The notes beneath the pieces are model-generated. The model was not told the origin of the DNA and ran no database searches. It was given only the letters and a program-made list of their open reading frames with translations. Positions 1-12,994 of a DNA stretch of 64,000 nt are shown piece by piece. The first letter of the stretch is position 1. Each line of letters begins with the position of its first letter. A program made the translations under genes and the position numbers. The stretch is from positions 67,620,469 to 67,684,468 of the forward strand of contig NC_068982.1 in NCBI RefSeq assembly GCF_001194135.2, in the 5' to 3' direction. Origin of the DNA: Octopus bimaculoides. Taxonomy: Eukaryota.

Positions 1-196
1 TTAAATTTTCCCAGTCTTATCTGAAGCGTGCAATATATAAGGCAAATGAGGACGTCATCGCCCAAGTCCCTCAATCATGAAAACCAAACTCAGAGAGGGA
101 GGATAGTGGAAATAAACAAATGATCATAGCAATGGCGGTACTCCAGCATAACCACAGTCACTGCCTGAAACAAGTTTAGGTAAAAGTAAAAGTAAT

Positions 197-199
<3 letters not shown>

Positions 200-251
<52 letters not shown>

Positions 252-336
252 NNNNNNNNNNNNNNNNNNNNNNNNNNNNNNNNNNNNNNNNNNNNNNNNN
301 NNNNNNNNNNNNNNNNNNNNNNNNNNNNNNNNNNNN

Positions 337-383
<47 letters not shown>
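200..383. repeat. (AC)n microsatellite spanning an assembly gap (N 252-336)
   Basis: Pure AC repeat on both sides of an N run; the ORFs at 90-589 are artefacts of it. Confidence 0.97.
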
Positions 384-386
<3 letters not shown>

Positions 387-2498
387 GTGTATAAAGGCTG
401 AATGTGGATTCGTCTTTTAATTGGAGGTTTCCCAAAAAGATTTCTAATATTGATGCTTCTTACTTTTCTGGGAGTTTGCAGGCGTAAATTTGCGAATATA
501 TAAAAGTAGCACTTGTATATAATGTATGGTGAATTTATGGACTGAAGTTCCATAAATCCCATCAATTTTGTTAAAAATGGAAGAGACAAGTTGTTAAAAT
601 TTATAAGAAGTTTAATTCTTGCAGACGATTGTTTCGTACAGAGATATAATAATAATATAAATTCATGACTGAATTAAATTAAATTACTTAAATATCAACG
701 TATCCTTCAGTGCAAGAAGCAAAGAAACCATAATACAAGGAACTTAAAAGGAATATAGCAGAAAAAATTGGATCTACGAGATTCACATTGGTATCCGTGT
801 GAGAAAGAGATGGGAGTCATATCGCATATATTTCACCATAACTAACGACTTCAATGGTTATTTAAAGATATACGTAAAGAGGTATCGGAGACGTTCCCTC
901 TATAGATGAGTATGGAAATTAAAATTATAGCTCCATATAAGTATCGTAGGGCAAATAAGTATTAGAAATATCCAATAAGGAGCCAATATAGAATTAAAAT
1001 TAAAATTAGAACTAACTATTGAAATCATTACTTAGTATAATGTATTTGTAAAAAAATTCTATACATAAGAATGAAGTTTAGCGTGAGGAAGTAGTATATT
1101 AGAAGCTAACAGTAGATAGTTAACGTAAACAAATGGCAGAAGAAATAGAGGAATGAGAATGAGTTAGAGAGAGAAATTGATGTATATAAAGGACTCATGT
1201 TTGCATAAAAAGTCATATCAGGTGATATGTATTAATGATAAAGTAGAAATAAATGAAAAACAGAGAAGCAGCTGTTAATATTACAATTAAAGTAGTATGT
1301 ACTTGCTGTGCTTATTAGTATGAGAAAGTGAATTTGAAAATGTAGTTAGATAGACCGAAATAAATGTAGGGGAGATAAATGAGCTGAGAAAGAGAAGAGT
1401 AAAAAAAAAAAATTAAACTTTGGATAGAGATGTGTTGGTAATACAGAAGATGTGTTTTAGTATATAAAAAAGATTATTTTAGAGATAATAATCCAGCTTA
1501 GTATTATGCGAGAAGGATATGGAATAGCAGTATGGTCGTAATGGTTGTAGGGGTGCCGTGCCAGTATGAATATAAGAAAAATTACGAGTAGAAGGGTACA
1601 CATAAGTGTACAAAAATTTACACATAATATAGAAGAAATATAATCTAATAAGGAGAAGAGTGTGTGTATGTTTAGTCATACGCATGTAGAGGCATATTTA
1701 CACATGAGTATATAGATACACAGGAATTCTTGTAGATATACGATTAAGGTATACATAGAAAGAAACTCAAACAAACATACTGATACAAGTGCAAAAAAGG
1801 GGGCACACATATACATATAAATACACACACATAATAAATTGTATATATATGTACGCGAACATACATATATACGCAGATACACAAGTTCATATTAATATAC
1901 ATGTCTGTACCTCCATATAAAAGTAATCACATACATATCTATACATTTACACACAAAGGTACGTTTAAGATCCATACTTAGATATGCATACATAGATGTA
2001 AACATGTAGAACACCTTAAAGTCGTACATGTGCATACAGATGTATATATGCCAGCAGTAGAATATACGTAATTATAAGGTATAGTAACAAATAACAAACA
2101 TAAACCAGTAGTAGTTCGAATCGGTATATTGAGAGGGGGAAGAGGTACAAGAAAGGAAGTACATGGACACATTACACAAATAAAATACAAAAAGTATAGG
2201 TATATTACATACTAAGGAAAGATATAATTTCCTATATCCAAACATGTGGAAGGAAAAATTGTAGGGATAGATAGATAAAGTGATAGCCCTATATATAGTG
2301 GGTCATGCATTTGTCAGAAAGAAATATTTAAGAAAAAGTGTATAGAGATAGTGTAAGATATAGTAATGTAAATTGGATGTGATGAGTAATTGTATTCCAT
2401 AGTAAAGGGTAATATATAGAGATTTAAAAAAAATAAAAATATCAAACAATGCAAAAGGTGAGTGAAGAGTTATTTTAGATTAATAAATAGGAACTTGG

Positions 2499-3540
2499 TC
2501 ATGTGTTTACATGAGAAACTTTTTCATCCCTAATATTAATCAAATTTCCATTCATTCTCATTATGTTAAAGCTTTCTTCTAAACATAATCTTGTTGTTAA
2601 ACGAAGAAAATATCCTAAAAAGATTTGGAGAAACTGAAAATCCAGATCTAATTTTTTATTATTAAATATTTTAACATATTTAGAGTTCTTGAAGTTTTTA
2701 TTAATTATCGTTCTAATGGATCTAATAAAGTTAGATTTGAAATGTTTGGCCAAAGAGATTATAATCCAAGTGGTGTTATTGTTGTTTGCTTTATTAAAAG
2801 GTTGTGTTGTGTTTAGAGGGTCAGCTATTCTCATACAAGGTATTGGTTTCTTTTTTGCTATTTTATTCCTACCCTTATTAATTTGAGTGCTATGGTTATA
2901 CATGGTATTGAAGGAATTTGGCGTGTTTAGATTATTCTTATTTTTTTTCTGCTTATTGGCATAATGTTCCTATTTTTATCTCTAATTGTACAATTGTGTT
3001 GTTTGTTGTTCCTTGGTTTATTTATATTAGTGTGGTTAGGAAGGTGGTAATTACTAAAATTTATTTTATTCTGTTCGTTAGTAAAATTTTGGTTGTGGTG
3101 CTCGTATTGGTTGTGTATTTTAGTATGGTTATTGTAGTGATGATTGTCGTGTTTTTGTTGATGTTATGTTTATGACTCTTATTGAGAGTTTTTTTATACG
3201 TTTATTAGGGTGTACTAATTCGTCAGATGACTTGGATTTACTAATATTATCTATGTTGTTCGTTTCATGATTTTGTTTGATATGATTAGTACTAGTGTTG
3301 TTGTTTTTATTATACATAATTTCATATTTATATCCTGCCTTCTTAAGTGCCAGATTATAATAGTCCTTATGTTTGTTAAATATTTCCTCGTTAAATGATA
3401 GTAGATTTATTCTTCTCTCTATGTTAATGGTCAGGTTTTCTATAATGTTATAAGGATGGTTACTGTTCACATTTATGCATGTAATATTGGTGTTAGGTTT
3501 ATGGTAAGGTTGGTGGATAGAAGATTGAAGTTGACGTCTA
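2499..3540 (-). mobile_element. Degraded Penelope-like retroelement (RT thumb, linker, C-terminal end of GIY-YIG)
   Basis: Minus strand encodes YHKPNTNITCINVNSNHPYNIIENLTINIERRINLLSFNEEIFNKHKDYYNLALKKAGY (PLE post-RT YxKP..SNHP..motif). Linker-like RKKRII and KIFNNK follow, then LCLEESFNIM..NLINIRDE (PLE C-terminal LCLxEK..LLNxR). Stops and internal deletions are present. Confidence 0.85.
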
Positions 3541-4611
3541 TGTGAAAGTATGTAGACTTTTACCTGAAATTCATAGACAGGCGAGTTAACTTGCTCCAGA
3601 TCGATCCTATGTAGGAGTGATGGATATCGATATTTCACTATCTTGCTTATCAACATCACATGTAGTGCAATGAGGGAGTCGTCTGTCAGGTACTCTACTC
3701 GCAGTGAAAAGGCGAACAAAGTAAATACATTTAGCATGTGTGGTCGATTATATTTACATGACTAGCGCTGCTTTTAATTCGTTGCTGAATTTAATCTTTT
3801 GTAGGCGTCGTCGTGGTACACCAGCAAGTAGTTTTTACACAATCTATATATAGTCATAGACTGACGACTCAGTTCGTCATCGGCCCGATTCAGGTACATG
3901 ATGTTGATAATCCAGAAAAATGACCAAATTTTGATATCCATCACCCATGAATGGGATCTAGGGTGACCTGAGTCGCCTGTCTAAGAATTACATACATACA
4001 CACACATACACACCTACACATGTGAGCGCATACGTGAAAAACAAGGTGGGAAGGATGGTACTCGAATACAAAGGTAGAGTAAAATAGTATTTTATAGAAG
4101 ATGAAAAGGCTACAGAAAATGTTACTCAGAGTCTCACTTAACTGATCATCAGTCAGTCGTGAGTATTTAGAACAATGCCTTGTACGCAATATTCAAGGAA
4201 TACATACATACATGATGATTGCTTCATTTTGTCAGATGATAGCCGTCTCACATTTAATGAATAGTGAGACATCAGTACATTATTGGATTTAAGCGACAAA
4301 AGCTTGTACAATGCTGTTACCATTCTCTCTGTTGCCATAATAGCTTCTAGTGACAATCATTGCAAAATCAGCGGTACTATTTTGATTGCAAGTTTTATGT
4401 CAGAGTATCTTTCTCTTAGAAGAGCTGTCTTCTCCGCCGCTTTGTTACCCCTGGGAAATCTATTTAACCCATAGATGGAATCCTGACAGGTACTGCAATT
4501 ACGGTTCAGAATGGACCTGGGAGTGATGGTAATTAAGGATGACTTTACCTTGGCACAACTGCAGAAATCTTGAACTGGAGCCTCACAACCATATCAGCTT
4601 AGTATCTTAAC

Positions 4612-4748
4612 CAGGACATACATACAAACATACATACATACATACATACATACGTACGTACGTACGTACGTACATACATACATACATACATACATACATA
4701 CATACATACGTACGTACGTACATACATACGTACATACATACATACATA
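4612..4748. repeat. (CATA)n/(TACG)n tetranucleotide microsatellite
   Basis: CATA repeats with internal self-complementary TACG runs. Confidence 0.95.
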
Positions 4749-4859
4749 GACTTCTATATAAGAAAAGATAGAGGACATTTACAAAAATACCATAAAGTAT
4801 TCTATTCAACGCTCTAGCAATTCTACAAAATCTATCGTCAGTTACAGAGATTTAACATG

Positions 4860-5950
4860 TCATCCGTTGGGCCGTTCCCTACTTAACGTCATAAATCCAC
4901 TTATAGATAGAACTTTTGAAACGTTTTGCACACTCCATATCACAAATTTAAAATAGACCAGCAATGTAAAAGAATCAGCTTTGATATGGTGACTATATTT
5001 ACGTTGGTTTCAGAAGATGAGATACAGTCAGTTGTCAAAACAAGGGCAAAGATAACATAATTTAAAATACTGACTGATAGATTTTGAAGATGAGCCTAAG
5101 AATGGCTAATTTGCAAATAGATAATGAAATTTACCCACGATTGGAAGAGATGGTTATGGGTTTGTAATTATCTTCAACAATGCTAAACATTTACATGGTG
5201 TTCTTCGAAGACTCAACTCAAGAAAATTGAACGCTGAAGCCCATAGGGTGGTTAATATATGTGTTGGTGACACCGTCATACTCTGCCACCCAAGAAACGT
5301 TCGCTTTCTGGTAATCACACTAATTTACCACGTAGCGTGAAAAAGAAAGTTACAGCCAACTTTTATTCCTTGATGTTCTGCTGGGAATGACAGACAGAAG
5401 TCATAACACCAGTGTATCGAATTATGAGCCTTGACGTTCATATAGTGTTATGAAAGGTATTATCAAATACCACATCACCAATCAAAAATTATCAGCACTA
5501 CTGTATAAGATTATAAAGTAGAAGTGATCTAACTGACAAATATAAATCTCAAAACTACTCTCGTCTGCAAGGAATAGCTTAAACCAAATTATGCTGTGAC
5601 TCTACTTTACTGAAAGGGATTGTCTGAGAAAATTCAGGGAATCTGCAACGGACAGCTTTTGTGATCAAAAGTATCAAAACAATTCGCGTAGCAATGGCTA
5701 GAACACAAAACGTACATCTACGACATCCCATGTGTTTGTAGAAGGCCTTCTAAATTAAAAACTAGAACACAGAGAAGACTTAATGAGAAGGCGGTTGAAG
5801 ATATAGTGTGTAAAATATGATAGAATGAATGAAATTTCTACCATTTATAGAGGATCACGGTGAAACCTTAGAAAAACCAAAGAAGCTGTATATAAAATGC
5901 TTGCTGAGAATCCAGTCAGCAAACCCAGCACTGGCATCAACATAAGATAG
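4860..5950 (+). mobile_element. Decayed Penelope-like retroelement, RT plus GIY-YIG remnant
   Basis: Frameshifted motifs occur in PLE order: ISFDMVTIFTLVSEDE (SFDVxSLFTNVP), MVMGL*LSSTMLNIYMVFFE (GxAMGSPLSPxxANIYMExFE), CVGDTVIL (YVDDTF), FLDVLL..HNTSV (FLDVxV..TSVYRK), YIYDIPCVC (VYxIPCxC) and RKTKEAVY (RKxKEAIYI). Confidence 0.7.
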
Positions 5951-6604
5951 CTATACATAACCTAAAAGCAATGTGTTGCCTATACATTTGTTGGGACTGT
6001 GATCTAGTGGATATGAAAGGATCAGACAGTTGGTGACGACCGGAGATCAAACCATCAAGAAAAAGTTACAGTTAAGCAAAATTACCTACTATATATTGAG
6101 CCCTCTCACCAACAGTCCAACATATTCAATACAATTTTAAAACAATGTATGTATTGAAAAAAATTCAAAAGAATTTTTTTACATTCTAACAAAACTCTCT
6201 CAAAAATTGCAATATACAGTAATTTTATTTAGGCTAATTGAAATTAGTTACCTTTAAAAGTGTCTATAAAAATACTACATTGCTATACACAACAGGAGAA
6301 AATATTAGATATATCTAATAAATCATATAAAAATATATTGAAATAATTAAGAAAGTACGACATATAGCAGTCTTTTGAAGTATGTGAATTCAATTTTTAG
6401 TCTATATGTAACATAAAAAATGTAATTTGTGAAAGCGAAAACTTTACAGAAGTCCTTTTTTTCTGTTACAAATAAAGCAATAATTTTCTTTCATTTTTGG
6501 CAAATATTTAATTTTTTTCAAATTTCCAATAAAAGTTCCTCTACAAGTAGAAAAAAATTCGATATTTATTTACAAATCGCTCTCCCATGAGATATTATTT
6601 CATG

Positions 6605-6676
<72 letters not shown>

Positions 6677-7974
6677 AGCATTTATATTAAGTTATTAGAT
6701 TTGATAAACCAAATCAAATTTTCGTTTTTTGTTTTTACAAAATACATGAGTGGAGCCTGCTTTATTCTCTTTCAGATCGATAAACTTCACACTGCTTCTC
6801 AAAATTTTGTACGTATTTAGTATGCTCAAAAGATTGTCGCATCGAATCCTAGAATCAGCGGGTTTGGAATTAATGAATAAATTATCCAATCTATAAGTCA
6901 CAAACTAAAATCTTACTTTTCGCTATTCTTTCGTCAATGATAATTACAATCAGAACTAAGAAATTTATTATTTATACAGACAATAGTCTAATAATTTTTT
7001 TGCTATCTGCTACTGAATGGTTTAGGTCATGTTGACATTTTGAATTTATTTACGAAGACTTTATTTATAAGCCTAAAAAAATATAGGCGTTGGTTATACG
7101 AAAATGTGATACATAATTCATGACTGAACAAGACAAAATAATAACCATAAGTTATGGCCGCAGATGTTTTATTGCTATTCATGTTTTTGCTGTTGTTGCA
7201 AGTGTTATCATTGCTAATTTATTTTCCGAAACTTACAATGAATAAAATAAAAAAATCTAAATAATAAAGCAAGTTAAAGTGAAGATATATTTCTTTTGCT
7301 GATAATTTTATTATTGATATAAAACCAGAGACTGAATGATGCTGCCGATGATGATGATGATAATAGTCATGATGGCGTTGACGATGAGGAAAGCATAGTG
7401 TCTCTATTGACGGTGTACATTGGTAACAAAGGTAATCATGATCATGATCATTGGTAATGGTACAGAGTAATAAACAACGATTGAATAAAAACAATGATAA
7501 ACTTGAACAGAATAGAAAAAAAAAAAAAGAAAATGAAACTGACATATGTTAAGAGAAAAAAATCGAAAAAGAGAGATGTTTATTTTTTAGATAAACATTG
7601 CAATATGATAAATGTATTTGAAGTTAATACAATAAAGAAAATTATATCATAAATAAGGGAAGAAAATTACATTACGTGCATGAACTATAAGTTAGAAATT
7701 GCTGAGATGAGTTAATTCTTATGAGACGATGTAAGAAAATGTTAAACGAATGGGTTTATTCTAATGTAGAACACTGAGTAACATATAGCAAAATATATAT
7801 TCGTTATGCAAAATATGACAGAGACGTGACATTATTGTTTCTGGTATAGAAAAAATAGTAACGAATGCCAATGGTGAGCTTTATTTCTGTAAGATATTTT
7901 TTTAGATAACGTTTTATAAACACATATGCAGGTACACACGTGTGAGGAAATGTATATTTATGAAAGACATCTTT

Positions 7975-8195
7975 TATCTCTTACTTGTTTCAGTCATTGG
8001 ACTGCTGCCATGCTGGGAGACTGCTTTGAAAGATTTGGTCTAATAAATCGACCCCGATACTTATTTTACTAAAGTTTGGTACTTATTTTATCGGTCTCTT
8101 CGCCGAACTGCTAAGTTACAGAGACCTAAATAAACCAATACTGGATGTCAAGCAATGATTGAGGGACAAACACAAAGACACACACACACACACAA
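7975..8195 (-). mobile_element. SINE family B fragment (3' half)
   Basis: Matches 12591-12830 (gtttcagtcattggactgc..ccgaactgctaagttac..tcaagcaatg). Confidence 0.75.
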
Positions 8196-8214
8196 ATTTC
8201 ATATCTGTGCATTT

Positions 8215-9330
8215 TCTGATTTTCATTTAAATCTTGTGGTGACGCTACAGATAAATTAGTGAGCCAGATTACGACGGAGCAGCTGTAATGGCAGGAACGT
8301 TAAACGGAGTACAGAGCAAGCTAAGGGACAAAGAAATTAAACACGCGCACTTCATTCACTGCTATGCGTATAAACTTAACTTAGTCTTAAGTAAAAGTGC
8401 CAAGAAGGTGAGTGGAGTAAAACTGTTTTTTTCTCATTTACGCGCATTTAGTAAATTTACATCTTTCAGTACCAAACGGAAAAACGTTTCCAGGCAGTTT
8501 AATGTTAGTATTTCATCACTGTGCGAAACAAGATGGTGCTGTTGTTCAAAGATTGTGTCATCCATAAAACTATTGCATGAAAACTTTAAAAATGCCTTCA
8601 CAAGTATTCTAGGCTCTAGGGATGAAGATACACTTTGTCAAACAGACAATCTATTGGCAAAGTTGAATGATTTCACATTCATGTTTTTCATCAATTGCTT
8701 TCATAACATACTTTCTCAGGCTGGAAAAGTCTTTGATATCCTACAGTGTAAGCTACTCGACATAAAGCATGGTCATTCATTGTGTTGAAGGTTATCGCAA
8801 GGACGAACATTATAAAAACATTCTGCGCGATACAGCTGCTGTTACTGAACAGGCAGATGAGTCCGATCCTCCTCTAAGAAAAAGAGTCAGAGGTGCACAA
8901 ATTAATTACAAAACTACCTATTTCGAAATAAGGGATAACAGTCTAATGTCCTTACGAGAGAGATTTTCTGGCATTCAGGAGTATGCATTTTTTTAATTAC
9001 TAGACATTATTAAGTTTAAAGAGTTTGCTAACTAGTTTCCTATGCAACATATGGATTCTCAAGAAAACAAGTATCCCTGTATTTTTGACTGTAAGAGCTT
9101 GGTGAACGAACTAAAATCCATTAAACTATTTAAGTTAGTACTGACCATCCACTTAACATCGGTCGCTAACGAGAGAAGTTTCTCAACATTGGATAAAATC
9201 CGCTCATATCTGAGAAACACAATGACCCCAAAACGGCTGTCTTCACTGGCTCGTATTTCCATCGAAAAAAAGCATTTTGAACGAGTTGGACAACAAGAAG
9301 CTGCATGACATGATATACATGATATTACAC
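8215..9330 (+). mobile_element. hAT-superfamily transposase pseudogene (ZMYM1-like type), C-terminal half
   Basis: YDGAAVMAGTLNGVQ..AHFIHCYAYKLNLVL (CxxH motif), LCETRW, and dimerisation-domain LVLTIHLTSVANERSFSTLDKIRSYLRNTMTPKRLSSLARISIEK. It is split over three frames, and no TIRs were found. Confidence 0.9.
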
Positions 9331-9555
9331 GAAAATTGATGTTATATCTAAAATCAAGGCCTCCATATTTAGCTAAAATTGCCTTCGACTTCAAGAAAGC
9401 AAAATTATTTCAGAAATTCCAGAATCTGAAAGCCTCCAAAATGGGGAATATTTTCGAGAGACAGAAGCACTACAAACAGAAAATTCCCGAAAGCGTCAAG
9501 AAAACAAAAAAAGAGAAAAAAAAATGGGTGTTGCAGGCGAGTAGAAAACGAAGTG

Positions 9556-10130
9556 GGATCTTTTTTAAAACGGGGGCCACATTTTTCATTAACGAAACAC
9601 TTTGAAACTTGGAACACTGGTAGAATGTGTCATATAAAACATCTTTTTCTCTTAGTCTTCTTTAAAAAAAAAAGAAATCCAGAAGTTATTCCATGTTAAA
9701 GTTGTCGTATTTCTGTAATTTCAACCAATCACTGACGTCCATTCAGCCGATATACATTAAGTGCCGACTACATAAACAAACGATTCTGAAACAATTAACC
9801 CTAACCCTAACCCTAGGGTTAGGGTTAGGGTTAGGGTTAAAGCAAATTTAAAATGAAAAAAGCAAATAAAACGAAGGTATGGAGATTAAATACGCTTTAC
9901 ATCGCTTAATCAGCCAAAGGAGTAAATATAAACAACTGAATACTTGTCAGTGATTGGTTGAAACTATCGAAATAAGACAATTTTTTACATGAAATAAATT
10001 CGAATACAAAAATATTTTTCTGTTCTATAACACAAAATAGATAAGTATACGAAGTTTGAAAGTCTTTCCGTACCAAAAACACTACGTAAAACATTAATGA
10101 AAAATGTGGCCCCCGTTTTAAAATAGATCC
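9556..10130. mobile_element. Telomeric-palindrome MITE, copy 1
   Basis: 37-bp TIR GGATCTTTTTTAAAACGGGGGCCACATTTTTCATTAA (1 mismatch at the right end). 8-bp TSD ACGAAGTG at 9548-9555 and 10131-10138. Central (TAACCC)3-TAGGG(TTAGGG)3 at 9795-9840. Confidence 0.93.
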
Positions 10131-10640
10131 ACGAAGTGTAACATATAGGTGTTTTGTGCGGTCGACAAGCTGAAGTGAAAATGTAAAAGGTGGATTTATT
10201 TCAGGAAAAACGAAACGTTCCCAAAGTGAAGCTGATATATATCGTGTGAAATTGAGTTAGCATCAAAATTATATAATACTATAGTCATAGCTCATGCCTA
10301 AGCTGGTTTGTGAATTGTAAATGGATAACGCCTTTACAATTAGGTCTCATGAATACGCTACTCCATTTTAAAAATGCAAATATTCGATCGTTCCGAAATC
10401 TGAAAAAAAAAAAAGATAAATAAAATAAATAAAAAGAAAAAAAAACCTACTTCAGGTATCTTATATTTCAGATAAAAAGATTATCAATTACATCAAAAAG
10501 TAAAAGCAGTTATAATGTATGGGTAACATTAAAAAATATTAACTGTTAAAATATGTAGGAAGTTATAAAATAAAAGTAGTTAGTAAATATATTACAAGTT
10601 AAAAGATAAAATTAATTAAAACGATATATGAGAAATTAGA

Positions 10641-10838
10641 ATATTCTTTTCTATTCTAGGAAAAAGGCCCGAAATTTTTGGGGACGGGGACAGTCGATTA
10701 GATCGACCCCAGTACGCGACCCCGAAAGGATAAAAGGCAAAGTCGACCTCGGTGGAATTTGAATTCAGAACGCAAAGACAAATGAAATATGCTAAGCATT
10801 TCGCCCGGTGTGCTAACGTTTCTGCCAGCTCGCCGCCC
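10641..10838 (-). mobile_element. tRNA-derived SINE family A
   Basis: Reverse complement begins GGCGGCGAGCTGGCAGAAACGTTAGCAC (A-box-like) and has a B-box-like GAATTCAAATTCC; many copies occur in the window. Confidence 0.88.
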
Positions 10839-11662
10839 TGGGAATTAGAATATTGACAGCACACACATACACACATATACACACTCTTACACACACACAT
10901 ACATACCTCCAGTCCTGAATATATGGTCATTTAGTGAGTCTCAACAAACATTAGTATTTGAAGTCCATTAGTGCACTAATTAGATTGTTCATTATTCGAC
11001 AGGATTAGGAGCAAAACGCGAAAAAGTGAAAGAGATAATTAATTAATCATAAAATAAATTATAAAACAAAATCATATCATCCAGGAAGGGAAATAAAGTC
11101 GGATTATGCAGATGAAAAATTTACAGAAGACAGAATATTACAGGGATGTGAAAGCGGGTGTATGTGTGTGCAGTAGTTAAATAAATCTTTTCACTGCGTA
11201 CAGCATAGTAGTGAGTGTTGTTTACCTAGTAAATATGAGAATTTCATGTCGACACTGGAAGAAGAAGCATGAATAGCAACGGAGAATAAATCAGCAAATA
11301 CCTGAGACTGGCATTGTCCATGACTTGGTTGTACAGTTTTGAAAATGCAATCCAAAATAGCCGCTCGCCTTGAATACTGGAATAGAACATAACCCGATAA
11401 TGCGGCATGTAAAACATGCAAAATTTAGAAGATATGTACGAATCTACGAATATAACATAGACACATGGATACACAAATACTTTGTGTGTGTATCCGTGTA
11501 AAAATTTCTCTGTAAATATATGCTATTGAAGTCAACCCCATGAGATGCATAGTTTACTTTAGAAGTTAAACAGTCAATTAACTTGTGTATTCTAATTAGT
11601 TAAATTGAAAAAAAAAAAAAAAAGATAGCAAATGGTGTTGAGTTTCTGATTTTTATAACCAC

Positions 11663-11766
11663 AACTTGTTACATTATTCTACGAACTTGTTACATTATTC
11701 TACGAACTTGTTACATTATTCTACGAACTTGTTACAGTTTTCTACGAACTTGTTACATTATTCTAT
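11663..11766. repeat. 21-bp minisatellite, ~5 copies
   Basis: Unit AACTTGTTACATTATTCTACG repeated head-to-tail, with one variant unit. Confidence 0.93.
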
Positions 11767-12287
11767 GCTCATAGACATTTAATATTTTATGTTTTATGTT
11801 GGCCATTTTGTTTGTGCTGTCGAAACCAGATGAATGTTCTTTCAAATCAGCTCAGTTTTGAAGATCCTCTGTTGTAAGTAGAAAGAAATTTGCACAATGA
11901 ATAATAGAAAATGTACAGCAAAAAGATTTCTTCTAACACACTTTTACATGGCTCGTTTTGCAACCACGTGGTTTTAGGTTCAGTCTTACTGCCTGACACC
12001 CTGGGTAAGTACGTTCTGTTGTAACCCCTGGTTGATCAATGCTTTGTGAGTGAACAATAGGGCGCCACTTCAATGCCGTTAGATATAATGACACTGATCC
12101 AAAATACGACAGACAGATAGAGTCTATTGGTCGGCAGTTTAAACAGGAGATTTGAATGCCAGATATGTCAAAAATTATTCTGATGGCAAGGCTAACAACA
12201 CAGTTTTCTCCAATTTTCTCTAGATCGAGCGTCGACTAGTGAGAGGCACAGGATAGTATGTTTTTCAGTAGATCTGCATTGACAAGG

Positions 12288-12337
<50 letters not shown>

Positions 12338-12360
12338 ATAATAATAATAATAATAATAAT
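12288..12360. repeat. (TAC)n(TAA)n compound microsatellite
   Basis: Direct reading of the sequence. Confidence 0.95.
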
Positions 12361-12369
12361 CTACCTATC

Positions 12370-12580
12370 ATTTCAGGTGTGTTGTCCTAGCCAAAACCAC
12401 ACTTTCTCTCCTAGCATTCCTGTCTTCTATAACATTTTTGTGGCCTTCTATGTCTTCGACATAACAAAATATCATTCTGAAAATTCCTATGGCTCAGGGT
12501 CCATAAGAGAAACTCCCCCACTAATTCGTCTTCGCTTCGATAGCAATTGCCAGCATATCTTGTCCTCCATTCTCGAATGA
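12370..12580 (-). mobile_element. LINE apurinic-endonuclease remnant (probable)
   Basis: Minus strand SFSYGP..GIFRMIF..NVIEDRNARR resembles the APE motifs xYGP and IGDFNAR; contains stops. Confidence 0.4.
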
Positions 12581-12590
12581 TTGATGATAT

Positions 12591-12994
12591 ACTCTTTTAC
12601 TCTTTTATTTGTTTTAGTCATTTGACTGCGACCATGCTGGAGCACCGCCTTTAGGCGAACAAATCGACCCCAGAACTTATTCTTTGTAAGCCTAGTACTT
12701 ATTTTATCGGGCTCTTTTGCCGAACCGCTAAGTTACGGGGACGTAGACACACCAACATCGGTTGTCAAGCGATGAGTGAGGGGGGGGGGCAAACACAGAC
12801 ATACAAACATATATGTATATATATACATACACACACAACGGGCTTCTTTCAGTATCCGTATACCAAATCCACTCACAAGGCTTTGGTCGGCCCGAGGCTA
12901 TAGCAGAAGACACTGGCCCAAGGTGCCACGCAGTAGGACTGAACCCAAAACTATGTGGTTGGTAAGCAAGCTACTTACCACAGCCACTCCTGCG
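12591..12994 (-). mobile_element. tRNA-derived SINE family B, near full length, with internal (AT/AC) tract
   Basis: Reverse complement starts CGCAGGAGTGGCTGTGGTAAGTAGCTTGC (A-box-like) with B-box-like GGTTCAGTCC. Partial copies lie at 7975, 11950 and 36290. Confidence 0.88.

Noticed and set aside
400-2480. Possible ancient LINE remnants
   Set aside because: The sequence is purine-skewed, but I could read no conserved motif with confidence.
9795-9840. Telomere-fusion relic or true chromosome end
   Set aside because: The orientation is CCCTAA then TTAGGG, opposite to a fusion, and the array lies inside a TIR/TSD-bounded element present twice.
8215-10138. Adjacent hAT transposase as the autonomous partner of the telomeric MITE
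   Set aside because: The 8-bp TSD is compatible, but the GGATC termini are atypical for hAT, no shared sequence is seen, and copy 2 has no hAT nearby. Not excluded, but unsupported.
11191-11421. AAL..CQS spacing similar to phosphorylase kinase alpha
   Set aside because: The intervening residues do not match, so it is likely chance.
11663-11766. CRISPR-like array
   Set aside because: The units are directly adjacent with no unique spacers, there are no cas genes, and the context is eukaryotic.
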